Positions 9,758-20,380 of a stretch of 64,000 nt of DNA are shown here, piece after piece. The notes under the pieces are model-generated. The model was not told the DNA's origin. It did no database searches and worked only from the letters and a program-made list of their open reading frames with translations. Origin of the DNA: a virus; UHGV virus genome UHGV-1370948; one strand, 5' to 3'. The stretch's first letter is position 1, and each line of letters begins with the position of its first letter. Both the position numbers and the translations under genes were made by a program.

Positions 9758-10224
9758 GTCAGTTCGAGCCACAAGTAGGCCAAGTATGCCAGATGATCTA
9801 CACTACCGCGGACGTTCCGCAATGGATTAATTGCTTGCCAAAGGCAGCATCGTCTCATGGTATTGCCGTGAGCATTGACGTTGTCAACGAAGGTGAAAGA
9901 ACACTCTGGTTCGACAGCTTCCAGATTAACCGCAACATCGTTTTCCGCCCGATCGTTCCTGAATGTAAGCTGTGGGCCGCTAAGGACTCTGACGACGTCT
10001 ACGAGATGGTGTGCCTTAGCAACGTGCTTACCGCCAAGCCCGGTTTCCCTTTGACTGTCATTTTCAAAAACAAAGAAAATGAGATTTTCTCCATGGACGC
10101 CGTCGATTTTCTTGATGCCTACGAACCAAAACCGAGTGATCTACCGATGGTAGAGCAAAGCGAACAGTGCGACATCCTCGATTCTCAGGATGAGCCTGTC
10201 GTTGTTGCGGGAGAGCTTCAATAA
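9754..10224 (+). CDS. hypothetical protein
   Basis: 156-aa ORF, ATGA coupling. Confidence 0.4.
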   Translation: MSQFEPQVGQVCQMIYTTADVPQWINCLPKAASSHGIAVSIDVVNEGERTLWFDSFQINRNIVFRPIVPECKLWAAKDSDDVYEMVCLSNVLTAKPGFPLTVIFKNKENEIFSMDAVDFLDAYEPKPSDLPMVEQSEQCDILDSQDEPVVVAGELQ

Positions 10225-11552
10225 TGGAAAAGTTGATTGCTCTGCGTGGAAAATTAGACGCCATTAAAGCTATGGGAACCAATGCCAAAAAAGTCGCCCT
10301 GGCTGAGCTGAACGAGTTTGAGCAAAGCATGGTGTCAATGATGCTCAACCCGTTCATCCGATTCGGGGTGAAGAAATACAGCGTCGCGGAGCCAGCGCTG
10401 GAGAATAAAATCCCTGATGAAGACGCTATCGATATTCTCAACTCCCTGGCCAGCCGTAAGCTCACTGGTAACAGCGCTATTGCGATGGTGGAGCAAGCTA
10501 TTTCAGACATGACAGAGGAAGGGCAAGACGTGTTCCGCCGCTTCCTGATTAAAGATCCGAAGGCCGGCATCGGTATTAGCCTGTGCAATAAAATCTTCGA
10601 CAACCCGATTCCGGTGTTCGAGGTTCAGCTGGCGACGTCGTACAAAGAAAAAGGCGACAAGTACCCGTTCAAGGAAAACCCGAAAGCCAAGTTCCCGATG
10701 ATTGCCAGCCTCAAGCTGGACGGGATGCGCGTCATTGCCGAAGTCATCGTTGACGAGGCAGAGGTTAACTTCCTGTCTCGTACCGGCAACCCGGTAACGT
10801 CTCTCGACCATCTGAAGCCAGCGGTATTAGATTTGGCGCGTATGACGCCGCATAAGCACATCTTCTTTGATGGCGAAGCGACGGCCGGCTCGTTCAACGA
10901 TTCCATCTCAGCGCTGCGTAAAAAAGGCGTATCAGCTATTGGCGCCGTATTCCACGTCTTCGATTACTTCTTGCCGGAATGGAAAGCCATTGCCAAAACC
11001 AAGGAGTACAAGAAAGAAGGCCGCAAGTTAAAAGACCGCCATATCGACTTGTGCAGCTGGACAAACTGGAAGAGCCGCCCGGACAGTCAGTACAAAGGCG
11101 ACGTGCGTTTGCATGACTTCCAGTTAGTACATAGTCATAAAGAGTTTATCGACTTGTTCATGGCGGCTCTGGACGCCAACGAAGAAGGCTATATGGCGAA
11201 AGATCCGTTCTCCGTTTACGAGTTTAAGCGCACCAAGAGCTGGTGGAAGATGAAGGACGAGATCGAAGCTGACGGTGAGATTATCGGCTTCAAGCCAGGT
11301 AAAGAGGATTCGGCATTCGCCCACACTCTCGGCTCGGTAACTATTCGCCTGGAGAACGGTGTTGAGGTCGAGGCATCGGGCATTAAGCACATGTACCTGG
11401 ATGAGATCTGGAACAACCAGGACAAGTACATCGGGCGCATCGTGAAGGTCAATGCCCACGAAGAGACGCCAGACGGCAGCTTGCGTCACCCTCGTCTGAA
11501 ATGGCCGTCCTGTCTGCGTGACACTGAAGACCGCATAGGGGATAAGGAATGA
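10224..11552 (+). CDS. ATP-dependent DNA ligase
   Basis: Motif I KLDGMR (KxDGxR), 442 aa. Confidence 0.8.
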   Translation: MEKLIALRGKLDAIKAMGTNAKKVALAELNEFEQSMVSMMLNPFIRFGVKKYSVAEPALENKIPDEDAIDILNSLASRKLTGNSAIAMVEQAISDMTEEGQDVFRRFLIKDPKAGIGISLCNKIFDNPIPVFEVQLATSYKEKGDKYPFKENPKAKFPMIASLKLDGMRVIAEVIVDEAEVNFLSRTGNPVTSLDHLKPAVLDLARMTPHKHIFFDGEATAGSFNDSISALRKKGVSAIGAVFHVFDYFLPEWKAIAKTKEYKKEGRKLKDRHIDLCSWTNWKSRPDSQYKGDVRLHDFQLVHSHKEFIDLFMAALDANEEGYMAKDPFSVYEFKRTKSWWKMKDEIEADGEIIGFKPGKEDSAFAHTLGSVTIRLENGVEVEASGIKHMYLDEIWNNQDKYIGRIVKVNAHEETPDGSLRHPRLKWPSCLRDTEDRIGDKE

Positions 11553-11749
11553 TAAGTGACATTATTGGCTTTGGTCTGTCGACCTTTTTGCTGGGCTTTG
11601 TTTTGGGTGGAATGTTTTTTGTGTCGATAAAGAAGGACAGTATCAAGGCTGGGGTTATGGAGTTCAGAGGTCGAATCTACCGAATTGTCGATGTGACCTC
11701 TGAGGCAAAGGGATTAGCTGTGGGAGGTGTAGATGATCCAGTTAAGTAA
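11549..11749 (+). CDS. small membrane protein (paralogue family A)
   Basis: N-terminal TM + conserved IKxGVxxFxGRxYRxV C-terminus. Confidence 0.4.
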   Translation: MISDIIGFGLSTFLLGFVLGGMFFVSIKKDSIKAGVMEFRGRIYRIVDVTSEAKGLAVGGVDDPVK

Positions 11750-11948
11750 GTTGGAAAAAAGCACGCTTCGAGAAATAAGCCAGTGGGAGAGTTTCTACGA
11801 ACACTGGCGCCCGAAGACTCGTGCAAAACTGGAGCGGATGGGATTCGTTGAAAATATCTCCCCTGAAGGGAAGCAAAAGAATTTTCAGCTGACGACCAGA
11901 GGCAGGGTTGTTCTGGCTGAACTTGTCAACGCAGGAGCTTTTAGTTGA
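11733..11948 (+). CDS. hypothetical small protein
   Basis: 71-aa ORF. Confidence 0.3.
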   Translation: MIQLSKLEKSTLREISQWESFYEHWRPKTRAKLERMGFVENISPEGKQKNFQLTTRGRVVLAELVNAGAFS

Positions 11949-11962
11949 TCCCATATCTTTTG

Positions 11963-12102
11963 ATGGGAGCTATCGCCGGGTTTCTACTCGGCGTAGTTGT
12001 TACCCACGATTTGATTAAGCAGGAAATTAAAACTGGCGTCATTTGCTTTGGGCGGCGCGTATATCGAGTGGTTCACTCAACTGACATAAGGAATGTTAAA
12101 TG
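11963..12102 (+). CDS. small membrane protein (paralogue of 11549..11749); not in supplied ORF track
   Basis: 46 aa MGAIAGFLLGVVVTHDLIKQEIKTGVICFGRRVYRVVHSTDIRNVK; TGA overlaps next ATG. Confidence 0.35.
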
Positions 12103-12351
12103 ACAGACTATATTTTGCTCGCATTTATTCTAGTTTGTATTTTTTACACCGTGACGAGAGCTGTATCTCGGATCGTCGATATGGTGACGGTTAAGTTTTT
12201 CGTTAATGACGACATGATGGAAAACGTCGTATCGAGGTTGATTAGCTTAACATCTCTCCGCTGGGATGGGATTCGAGACGATAGAAGTTATACTGTAACA
12301 ACAAAGGGTTACGTCGTAACCGTCAAAAAAAATAAAAACAAAGATAAATAA
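12100..12351 (+). CDS. hypothetical membrane protein
   Basis: 83 aa, N-terminal TM. Confidence 0.35.
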   Translation: MTDYILLAFILVCIFYTVTRAVSRIVDMVTVKFFVNDDMMENVVSRLISLTSLRWDGIRDDRSYTVTTKGYVVTVKKNKNKDK

Positions 12352-12407
12352 GTGTTTACTTATCTATAAGTTTTCACTAAGATTAACTCGTTTTCGACGT
12401 TAAGCAA

Positions 12408-12914
12408 ATGGAAGTCGACATTGTGGGAAGAAAGATACCAACACAAGAACGAGTTAGACATTTGTTTCGCTACGATAGAGATACAGGGGGGTTATTTTGG
12501 AATAACCCCACATCTCCAAGAGTGAAGCCTGGTGATGAAATCACCTATGTAAATGGTGGTTATCTCAAGGTTAAGTTTGATGGTCAGTTGCATTTGGCTC
12601 ATCGGGTTATGTGGCTATACGAAACAGGTCACTGGCCGCGCTACCCAAAAGAGTTGGTTGACCATAAGGACTTGAACAAATTGAACAACATATTTTCTAA
12701 TTTCAGGTTAACTGACCATGCTGGAAATCAGCACAACAGGCCACTGAATAGAAATAGTTCAACTGGGTATAAGGGGGTAACTCTCCGCAATGGAAAATAT
12801 CTCGCGCAAGGCCAGAGTTGCGGGAAGAAATTCTTCTTGGGGTCTTTTTCGACACCAGAGGCTGCGAGTGAAGCGTATGAGATTTTTGTCTCTGAGAGAC
12901 GTTCTCTTAGATAG
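12408..12914 (+). CDS. HNH homing endonuclease with AP2 DNA-binding domain
   Basis: HNH core VDHKDLNKLNNIFSNFRL; AP2-like GYKGVTLRNGKYLAQ. Confidence 0.65.
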   Translation: MEVDIVGRKIPTQERVRHLFRYDRDTGGLFWNNPTSPRVKPGDEITYVNGGYLKVKFDGQLHLAHRVMWLYETGHWPRYPKELVDHKDLNKLNNIFSNFRLTDHAGNQHNRPLNRNSSTGYKGVTLRNGKYLAQGQSCGKKFFLGSFSTPEAASEAYEIFVSERRSLR

Positions 12915-13232
12915 TAACGGGTGTTTTCGTCAGAGTTTGTGATTTTTGCGGGTTTTAGAAACTGACCAAAAAAATAATCGCTAACGATGATGTAGTTCTG
13001 ATGGCGGCTTAACAGCCTATAAGTCAGTGAGGTCTTCCGATTCCTCATTAACAAATTCGGCGCACTGATCCGGTGTGATTACTAATGGATAGCAGAGACT
13101 TGCTGGTGAATAGGCGATACTGACCCACGTACCCTTAACCACGCGATAGAGTCAGACGGCGAGTCTCTGCGAACATGGGTGATGGCCTTTTAGTTTGTCG
13201 ATTAGCTGTGCATAGCGTCGGCGAGCGAAGTC

Positions 13233-13326
13233 TGGTGACTTAAAGGTTTATTCCGATGCCTGATGTGTGAAATGCAAATAGCATATTTGAGGCTGAGGAT
13301 TGCGGGTTCGATTCCCGCGTCACTCT
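13233..13326 (+). tRNA. tRNA-like sequence (canonical T-arm GCGGG-TTCGATT-CCCGC, imperfect acceptor; oversized, possibly degenerate)
   Basis: T-arm seen directly; rest does not fold canonically by eye. Confidence 0.25.
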
Positions 13327-13732
13327 CCCACGTTTCAGCTGTTTGGGTGGTTAGGAGCATTTTCAATAACCATATCCCGGTTTCAGTCCGCAACTGACCG
13401 CCCAAACAGCTGCGTCGTGTGTGATTACTTAATGTCTCATTTCATCTTGGGTTAATTTGAAATTGCGACGCAGCGCCTTTCTCAAAGCGTGTAGAAGGTT
13501 TTGAGAAAGTGCGTGCTAACGATCGGACTTTCTTCTGCTATTGATAGACTCGTTTAGAGCTTGATATGTAGGCCATAGCCCAGCCGGAGGTGGCGAACAC
13601 CGGCAGACTGAGATGTTAGTCGATTGAAGAGGTTTTTTCATCGCCTCGATCTTTACTCCAGGCCATCAAATATGCCTCCGCTGTTTGGTGACAGGCTCAG
13701 TCCGTTTCCTCTTAACGATAAAAGAGGTGCAA

Positions 13733-13815
13733 GCAAACAAAGCAGTCTGGTTGACTGCGGCCGAGGAAGACGTCTTATCCGGCAGAGAGTGGTTCGATTC
13801 CGCTTGTTTGCGCCA
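13733..13815 (+). tRNA. tRNA-like gene with encoded CCA (7/7 acceptor stem, D-arm, T-arm AGTGG-TTCGATT-CCGCT); anticodon loop carries ~7 extra nt
   Basis: Acceptor gcaaaca/tgtttgc, D-loop tctggttga, discriminator G + CCA at 13813-13815. Confidence 0.45.
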
Positions 13816-13851
13816 ACCTAAAGGGCTTTTTCGAGAGTCCTTCAGATTGGA

Positions 13852-13925
13852 TACCCAATGCGACAAAACGGTAAGTCGAGAGGATGCTGAGTCCGATGAT
13901 GCAGGTTCGAGTCCTGCTTGGGTAA
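13852..13925 (+). tRNA. tRNA-like gene (7/7 acceptor tacccaa/ttgggta, D-arm cgac/gtcg, T-arm GCAGG-TTCGAGT-CCTGC), weak anticodon stem; no encoded CCA
   Basis: Folded by eye; anticodon loop tgctgag would give CUG (Gln) but position 33 is G. Confidence 0.4.
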
Positions 13926-14128
13926 CTTATCTAAGATGATGTGATTCCATACATCACTTAGTGTCGAGGTCTAAATGGTGCGGCCATCAACCGCATAAAC
14001 AGCCATTAGACCCGAGCCACAAGCCTCGTCTGGCACTAACGTAAAGTGCAAGTGACGTGAAATTCAGGTTGAACGGCCAGAAGAGTAGCGTTGCGAACCA
14101 TATAAATTAAACTACAAAGAGAAAACAC

Positions 14129-14740
14129 ATGTCTGAAGTCAAAAAAGTTATTACCGTAGCTGAGCGTTCCACTAAAGCACTGGTTAAAGTTGTTGCTGAC
14201 GGCCAAAAGCTGTTCGCTGATCTGGCCGCTCTGTCTCAGTCAACCGTAACTCTGACTGAAGAAATTGAATTTAAACAGGGTCAGTTGGCTGATATCGAAA
14301 ACCAGATCGCTGCCTCCGAGCGCGAATCCAAAGCCCAGCTGCGTCTGCGTGTAATCGAAAACGAAGACAAGGTTCTGGCCGAGCTGATGAAAGCACGCGG
14401 TTATGCCGTTATCACTCACGCTGATCTGGATGCACTAAACTCCGACCTGGTCGCGGCCAAAACCGACAACGAGTACGCAGTATCCGAAGCGCGTGAAGCT
14501 GGTTATCAGGCTGCTGCTGCTAAATTTGGCGCTGAGAACCGCGATCTGGTATCCCAGCATAAAGTTGAGCTGGCGGAGCACAAAGCCCAGGCTACTGCTA
14601 AAAACCAACGCATCTCCGATCTGGAAGCACAGGTTGCAGAGCTGCGCGGTCAAATTACCGCAGAGCGCGAAACCCGCCTCGAAATCGCCAAAGCTGATGC
14701 CGGTCGTGCAGGTGTTGTAGTTAACGCCGGTAAGAACTGA
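14129..14740 (+). CDS. hypothetical coiled-coil protein (Ala/Glu/Lys-rich), likely highly expressed
   Basis: 203 aa; consensus TIR; bracketed by hairpins at 14749-14768 and 14868-14888. Confidence 0.5.
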   Translation: MSEVKKVITVAERSTKALVKVVADGQKLFADLAALSQSTVTLTEEIEFKQGQLADIENQIAASERESKAQLRLRVIENEDKVLAELMKARGYAVITHADLDALNSDLVAAKTDNEYAVSEAREAGYQAAAAKFGAENRDLVSQHKVELAEHKAQATAKNQRISDLEAQVAELRGQITAERETRLEIAKADAGRAGVVVNAGKN

Positions 14741-14867
14741 TTGTGGCCGTAGCCTCTTCGGAGGCTACAGCTTAAAGACTGATGGCGACATTGGCCTTTA
14801 AGCTGTACTTCGACCCACAGCAACCATTGAGCATCACGATAGACACTTTTTAGAGCAGATAATTAAA

Positions 14868-14888
14868 GGAGCCTCGCGGCTCCTTTTT
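14868..14888 (+). terminator. rho-independent terminator
   Basis: ggagcc-tcgc-ggctcc + TTTTT. Confidence 0.6.
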
Positions 14889-14970
14889 GCTATTTTTAAA
14901 ATAAGTAATGATTTACTTATCCAATGCAGTTATATTTATTGCGACACCTAACCATTTGAAAGGAATCAAA

Positions 14971-15738
14971 ATGGGTACATCACGCAAACATGCGCGTAAG
15001 GTAGCGCGTAAAGCAGTAAAAGAGAATCGTGCGTTCCGCGGCCGTCGTGTTGATTACGTTATTGTCGATGAGCTGACCGACGCTCAGACCCCACGACCAA
15101 AGCGAGACAATACGCCAGTTGAGGCTCGTAACGAGGCTCAGGCGCATTATCTTATCAGCATCGAAAACAAGCCTCTGACGTTCGCCACCGGTGAAGCCGG
15201 CTGCGGCAAAACGTTCCTTGCCACGGCTGTCGCCGCGCAGAAGCTGTTGGATAAAGACGTCCGCAAAATCATCGTCACTCGCCCCGTATTGCAAGCTGAC
15301 GAAGATCTGGGCTTCCTTCCGGGCGATGTGGGTGAGAAGTTCGCCCCATACTTCCGCCCCGTCTATGACGTTCTCCAGAAGCGTCTGGGCGCATCCTTCC
15401 TCGAATACTGTCTCAAGCCAGAGATTGCCAAAGTAGAAATCGCCCCGTTCGCTTACATGCGTGGCCGGACGTTCGAAAACGCAGTGGTTATTCTGGATGA
15501 AGCGCAAAACGTTACACCGTCACAGATGAAGATGTTCCTGACCCGCATGGGTGAGAACGTTACGGTTATCGTGAACGGCGATGTGACGCAGTGTGACCTG
15601 CCTGGTAATAAAGAGTCCGGGCTATCCGACGCACTGCGCCGCTTTAAACCAAACGCGCACGTTGGGTTGATTGAGTTTGAAGCCGACGATTGCGTCCGCT
15701 CTGAACTCTGCAAAGTGGCTTTAAATGCCTATCAATAG
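14971..15738 (+). CDS. phoH: PhoH-family ATPase
   Basis: Walker A TGEAGCGKTFLA; start chosen at ATG 14971 after AAAGGA. Confidence 0.8.
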   Translation: MGTSRKHARKVARKAVKENRAFRGRRVDYVIVDELTDAQTPRPKRDNTPVEARNEAQAHYLISIENKPLTFATGEAGCGKTFLATAVAAQKLLDKDVRKIIVTRPVLQADEDLGFLPGDVGEKFAPYFRPVYDVLQKRLGASFLEYCLKPEIAKVEIAPFAYMRGRTFENAVVILDEAQNVTPSQMKMFLTRMGENVTVIVNGDVTQCDLPGNKESGLSDALRRFKPNAHVGLIEFEADDCVRSELCKVALNAYQ

Positions 15739-15748
15739 GGATATTGAA

Positions 15749-16270
15749 ATGACAAAAGTTAAATTACCGCAGTACCAAAGCATTAAAATCGTGGAAGCGG
15801 CTGAGATTGCGAAAATCGAGGGGCAGACAATGCTGTTATCCTTCCGCAAGCATGTGGCAAAAGTCGAAGTAGATCAGACTTATCTCGACAAGCATCAGCC
15901 TCAAGTTGGTGGATATTTCGTCCGCTATGAAAACGGTTATGAGTCCTACTCGCCAAAAGGGCCGTTTGAATCGGGCTATTTGTCAGTCGAAACCACTATT
16001 CACGCCGCCAGGGTAGGTGCATCTTTTGGCATCGCAATTGAGATGCTGAAAGACGGCCATCGCGTCGCTCGCAAAGGCTGGAACGGCAAAGGTATGTTCT
16101 TGCGCATGGTGTCAGGCAAACAGTACGACGTCGCTTGCGGCATTGCTCGTGATCTGGAGCTGGCGCCCTGGATTGGCATGAAAACAGCTGACGGGAAATT
16201 TGTGCCATGGCTGGCATCCCAGACTGACATGCTGGCCGAGGATTGGGTAATTGTGGAGATGGTGCCGTGA
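15749..16270 (+). CDS. hypothetical protein
   Basis: ORF 15725..16270 trimmed to internal ATG. Confidence 0.4.
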   Translation: MTKVKLPQYQSIKIVEAAEIAKIEGQTMLLSFRKHVAKVEVDQTYLDKHQPQVGGYFVRYENGYESYSPKGPFESGYLSVETTIHAARVGASFGIAIEMLKDGHRVARKGWNGKGMFLRMVSGKQYDVACGIARDLELAPWIGMKTADGKFVPWLASQTDMLAEDWVIVEMVP

Positions 16271-16512
16271 AAGACCAGCACACTAAAATCAAAGGCTATC
16301 GTGATCTGTCGGCCGAAGAGATCGCGCTGATGAACGAGGGAAAAGACCTGGCTCAGAAGGTAGGCGCCTTTATCGAAAAGCTAGAAGCCGCGGAGTTCGC
16401 ACAAACCAGCGATCAAACTCCAGACAAACGCTGGCTGGCCATCGGCAAAACTGACCTGCAGAAAGGCTTTATGGCCGTAATTCGCAGCATCGCAAAACCG
16501 ACCACTTTTTGA
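16243..16512 (+). CDS. hypothetical protein
   Basis: 89-aa ORF. Confidence 0.35.
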   Translation: MGNCGDGAVKDQHTKIKGYRDLSAEEIALMNEGKDLAQKVGAFIEKLEAAEFAQTSDQTPDKRWLAIGKTDLQKGFMAVIRSIAKPTTF

Positions 16513-16519
16513 GGCTGAT

Positions 16520-16729
16520 ATGACATCAGAGCAATTTGCATATTGGCTTCAGGGATTCGTCGAGCTGGGCGGTCAGATCCCAACGGAAGCACAGTGGGAT
16601 AGCATTAAAGATCACCTGAAAACGGTGTTTGAAAAAGTGACCCCGCCTGTTCAGACGTCTAGTATCGGCGTACTGGCGTCAATGCGTGGTGGCCCCATTG
16701 GTCAAAGCATCACATCTTTATCTTGCTAA
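16520..16729 (+). CDS. hypothetical protein
   Basis: 69-aa ORF. Confidence 0.3.
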   Translation: MTSEQFAYWLQGFVELGGQIPTEAQWDSIKDHLKTVFEKVTPPVQTSSIGVLASMRGGPIGQSITSLSC

Positions 16730-16737
16730 GGAAAAGC

Positions 16738-16983
16738 ATGAAAATCGTTATTTATGGAAAGGACAGCTGCTCTTACTGCAAACGTGCGGTAGAGCTGGCC
16801 AAGCAGTTAAAATCTCAGGGTCATGGTGACTATGAGTATATCGATATCGTTGAAGCTGGCATTGATGCCGCTGCGCTGGGTGAGTTAGTGGGGAAGCCGG
16901 TGCGAACGGTTCCGCAGATCTTCGTCGAGGGCGAGCCTATCGGCGGCTACACGGAACTGGTTACTTTAACCTCCATCCTGTAA
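16738..16983 (+). CDS. glutaredoxin (NrdH/Grx-like)
   Basis: MKIVIYGKDSCSYCKRA - CxxC redox motif. Confidence 0.7.
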   Translation: MKIVIYGKDSCSYCKRAVELAKQLKSQGHGDYEYIDIVEAGIDAAALGELVGKPVRTVPQIFVEGEPIGGYTELVTLTSIL

Positions 16984-16987
16984 GACA

Positions 16988-17012
16988 AAGGGGCCATTCG
17001 GCCCCTTTTTTC
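16988..17012 (+). terminator. rho-independent terminator
   Basis: aggggcc-attc-ggcccct + TTTTTT. Confidence 0.7.
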
Positions 17013-17078
17013 TTTGTGGACACACACAAAGAAAAGAGACTAAATTAGCTCTAAATTTAGCACTATTTAGAGGTGATT

Positions 17079-17330
17079 ATGTTTACTGAAACTGTTCTAG
17101 CCAAGCACACATCTTCCATTAGCGAGTTTAAAAAGAACCCTTCTGCCGCTATGAGCGAGTCTAATGGCGAGCCTGTGGCTGTACTTAGCCACAATAAACC
17201 TGCTTTTTACTGCGTCCCACCAGCACTGTTTGCTCTTATGATCGACCATATTGGCGACCAGATGCTTCTTGAGAAGGCCGTGGGTAGGCTGGACGATGAA
17301 GAGGTTGAAGTCAGCCTGGATCAGCTGTAA
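17079..17330 (+). CDS. Phd/YefM-family antitoxin-like protein (orphan)
   Basis: 84 aa; followed by a 12-codon ATGA-overlapped stub (17329..17367) where a toxin gene would normally sit. Confidence 0.45.
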   Translation: MFTETVLAKHTSSISEFKKNPSAAMSESNGEPVAVLSHNKPAFYCVPPALFALMIDHIGDQMLLEKAVGRLDDEEVEVSLDQL

Positions 17331-17484
17331 TGAGTAGTGGTTTCAAGGTAAAAATCATCAATGATTAACAGTCGACTCTATAGTTCTCACAATGTCCGCA
17401 TAATCGTAATATACTAATCCTGTTAGTGATTTAATCTACCTACCAAACCGTGGGCAACACATTCTATTAATCAGGAAAACGCAG

Positions 17485-19037
17485 ATGACCAGCCTGCAAC
17501 AACGCGCCGAATTACACCGTCAGATATGGGCTATTGCGAACGAGGTTCGCGGTGCCGTTGACGGATGGGACTTTAAACAATACGTCTTAGGGGCGCTGTT
17601 TTACCGTTTTATCAGTGAGAACTTCACCAGTTACATCGAAGCCGGTGATGACAGTGTTCAGTATGCCGGAATGGCTGACAGTGATATTGGTGATGAGATT
17701 AAGGACGATGCGGTCAGAACAAAGGGGTATTTTATCGCTCCAAGCCAGCTGTTCTGTAATGTGGCGAAGCGTGCCAATACGAATGACCACCTGAATGCTG
17801 ATTTAAACAGTATCTTTGTTGCGATTGAAAGCTCTGCATCCGGTTATCCGTCAGAAGCCGCCATTAAGGGACTGTTTGCTGATTTTGATACGACCAGTAA
17901 CCGGCTGGGCAGTACCGTTAAAGAGAAAAATATCCGGCTTGCTGCGGTACTGAAAGGGGTTGAGGGGCTGGCTCTCGGGGATTTTGATGCCCATCAGATT
18001 GACCTGTTCGGTGATGCCTATGAGTTTCTGATATCCAATTATGCCGCCAATGCGGGTAAGTCCGGCGGTGAGTTCTTTACCCCGCAGCATGTCTCTAAGC
18101 TGATTGCTCAGCTGGCCATGCACGGACAGACCTCCGTCAATAAAATCTATGACCCTGCGGCCGGTTCAGGTTCTCTGCTGCTTCAGGCCAAGAAACACTT
18201 TGATAATCACATTATCGAGGACGGTTTCTTTGGTCAGGAGATTAACCATACGACCTTTAACCTGGCGCGTATGAATATGTTCCTGCACAACATCAACTAC
18301 GACAAGTTTGATATCCGGTTAGGGAACACATTACTGGCCCCTGAATTTAAAGACCAGAAGCCGTTTGATGCGATTGTGTCTAACCCGCCGTACTCCGTGA
18401 AATGGGTGGGCAGTGATGACCCGACCCTGATTAACGATGACCGCTTTGCACCTGCGGGGGTACTGGCCCCGAAATCTAAAGCTGACTTTGCATTCGTACT
18501 TCACGCCCTGAATTACCTGTCTGCGAAAGGCCGTGCCGCGATTGTCTGTTTCCCCGGCATTTTCTACCGTGGCGGAGCTGAGCAGAAAATCCGACAGTAT
18601 CTGGTTGATAACAACTATGTGGAAACCGTGATATCACTGGCCCCGAACCTGTTCTTCGGTACCACCATTGAGGTTAATATTCTGGTGCTGTCAAAGCATA
18701 AGGCCGACACCAAAGTACAGTTTATCGATGCCAGCAGTCTGTTTAAGAAAGAGACCAACAACAACGTTCTTACCGATGCCCATATAGAACAGATTATGGC
18801 GGTGTTCGACAGTAAAGCCGATGCAGACTATCTGGCTAAATCTGTTACTGCTGAAGCCATTGCAGCTAATGATTACAACCTGTCTGTCAGTAGCTACGTG
18901 GAAGCCAAAGATACCCGCGAAATCGTCAACATAGCCGAACTGAATGCTGAGCTGAAAAAGACCGTCACCAGAATAGACCAGCTTCGTACTGATATTGATG
19001 CGATTGTTGCTGAGATTGAAGGTAGCGAGGTACAGGC

Positions 19038-19041
<4 letters not shown>
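17485..19041 (+). CDS. hsdM: type I restriction-modification methyltransferase subunit HsdM
   Basis: N6-adenine MTase motif IV VSNPPYS, AdoMet motif [10 protein letters not shown]. Confidence 0.9.
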
Positions 19042-20255
<1,214 letters not shown>

Positions 20256-20380
20256 CATAAACGCCCCTGCCAGAGAGAATATCTGGCTGGCAGGGTTGTT
20301 TGCATAGCTATAGCCCGATATTCACACTCTAAGGGCATCACCGTTTCATTCTTCGCAGCATAACGACAGCAGGGAGCAGC

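Noticed and set aside
13202-13405. 67-aa minus-strand ORF over the first tRNA-like element
   Set aside because: It overlaps a canonical T-arm structure and has no translation signals.
14749-14768. Hairpin gtagcctc-ttcg-gaggctac after gene 14129..14740 as an intrinsic terminator
   Set aside because: No T-run follows it. The true terminator is probably 14868-14888. The hairpin may still stabilise the mRNA 3' end.
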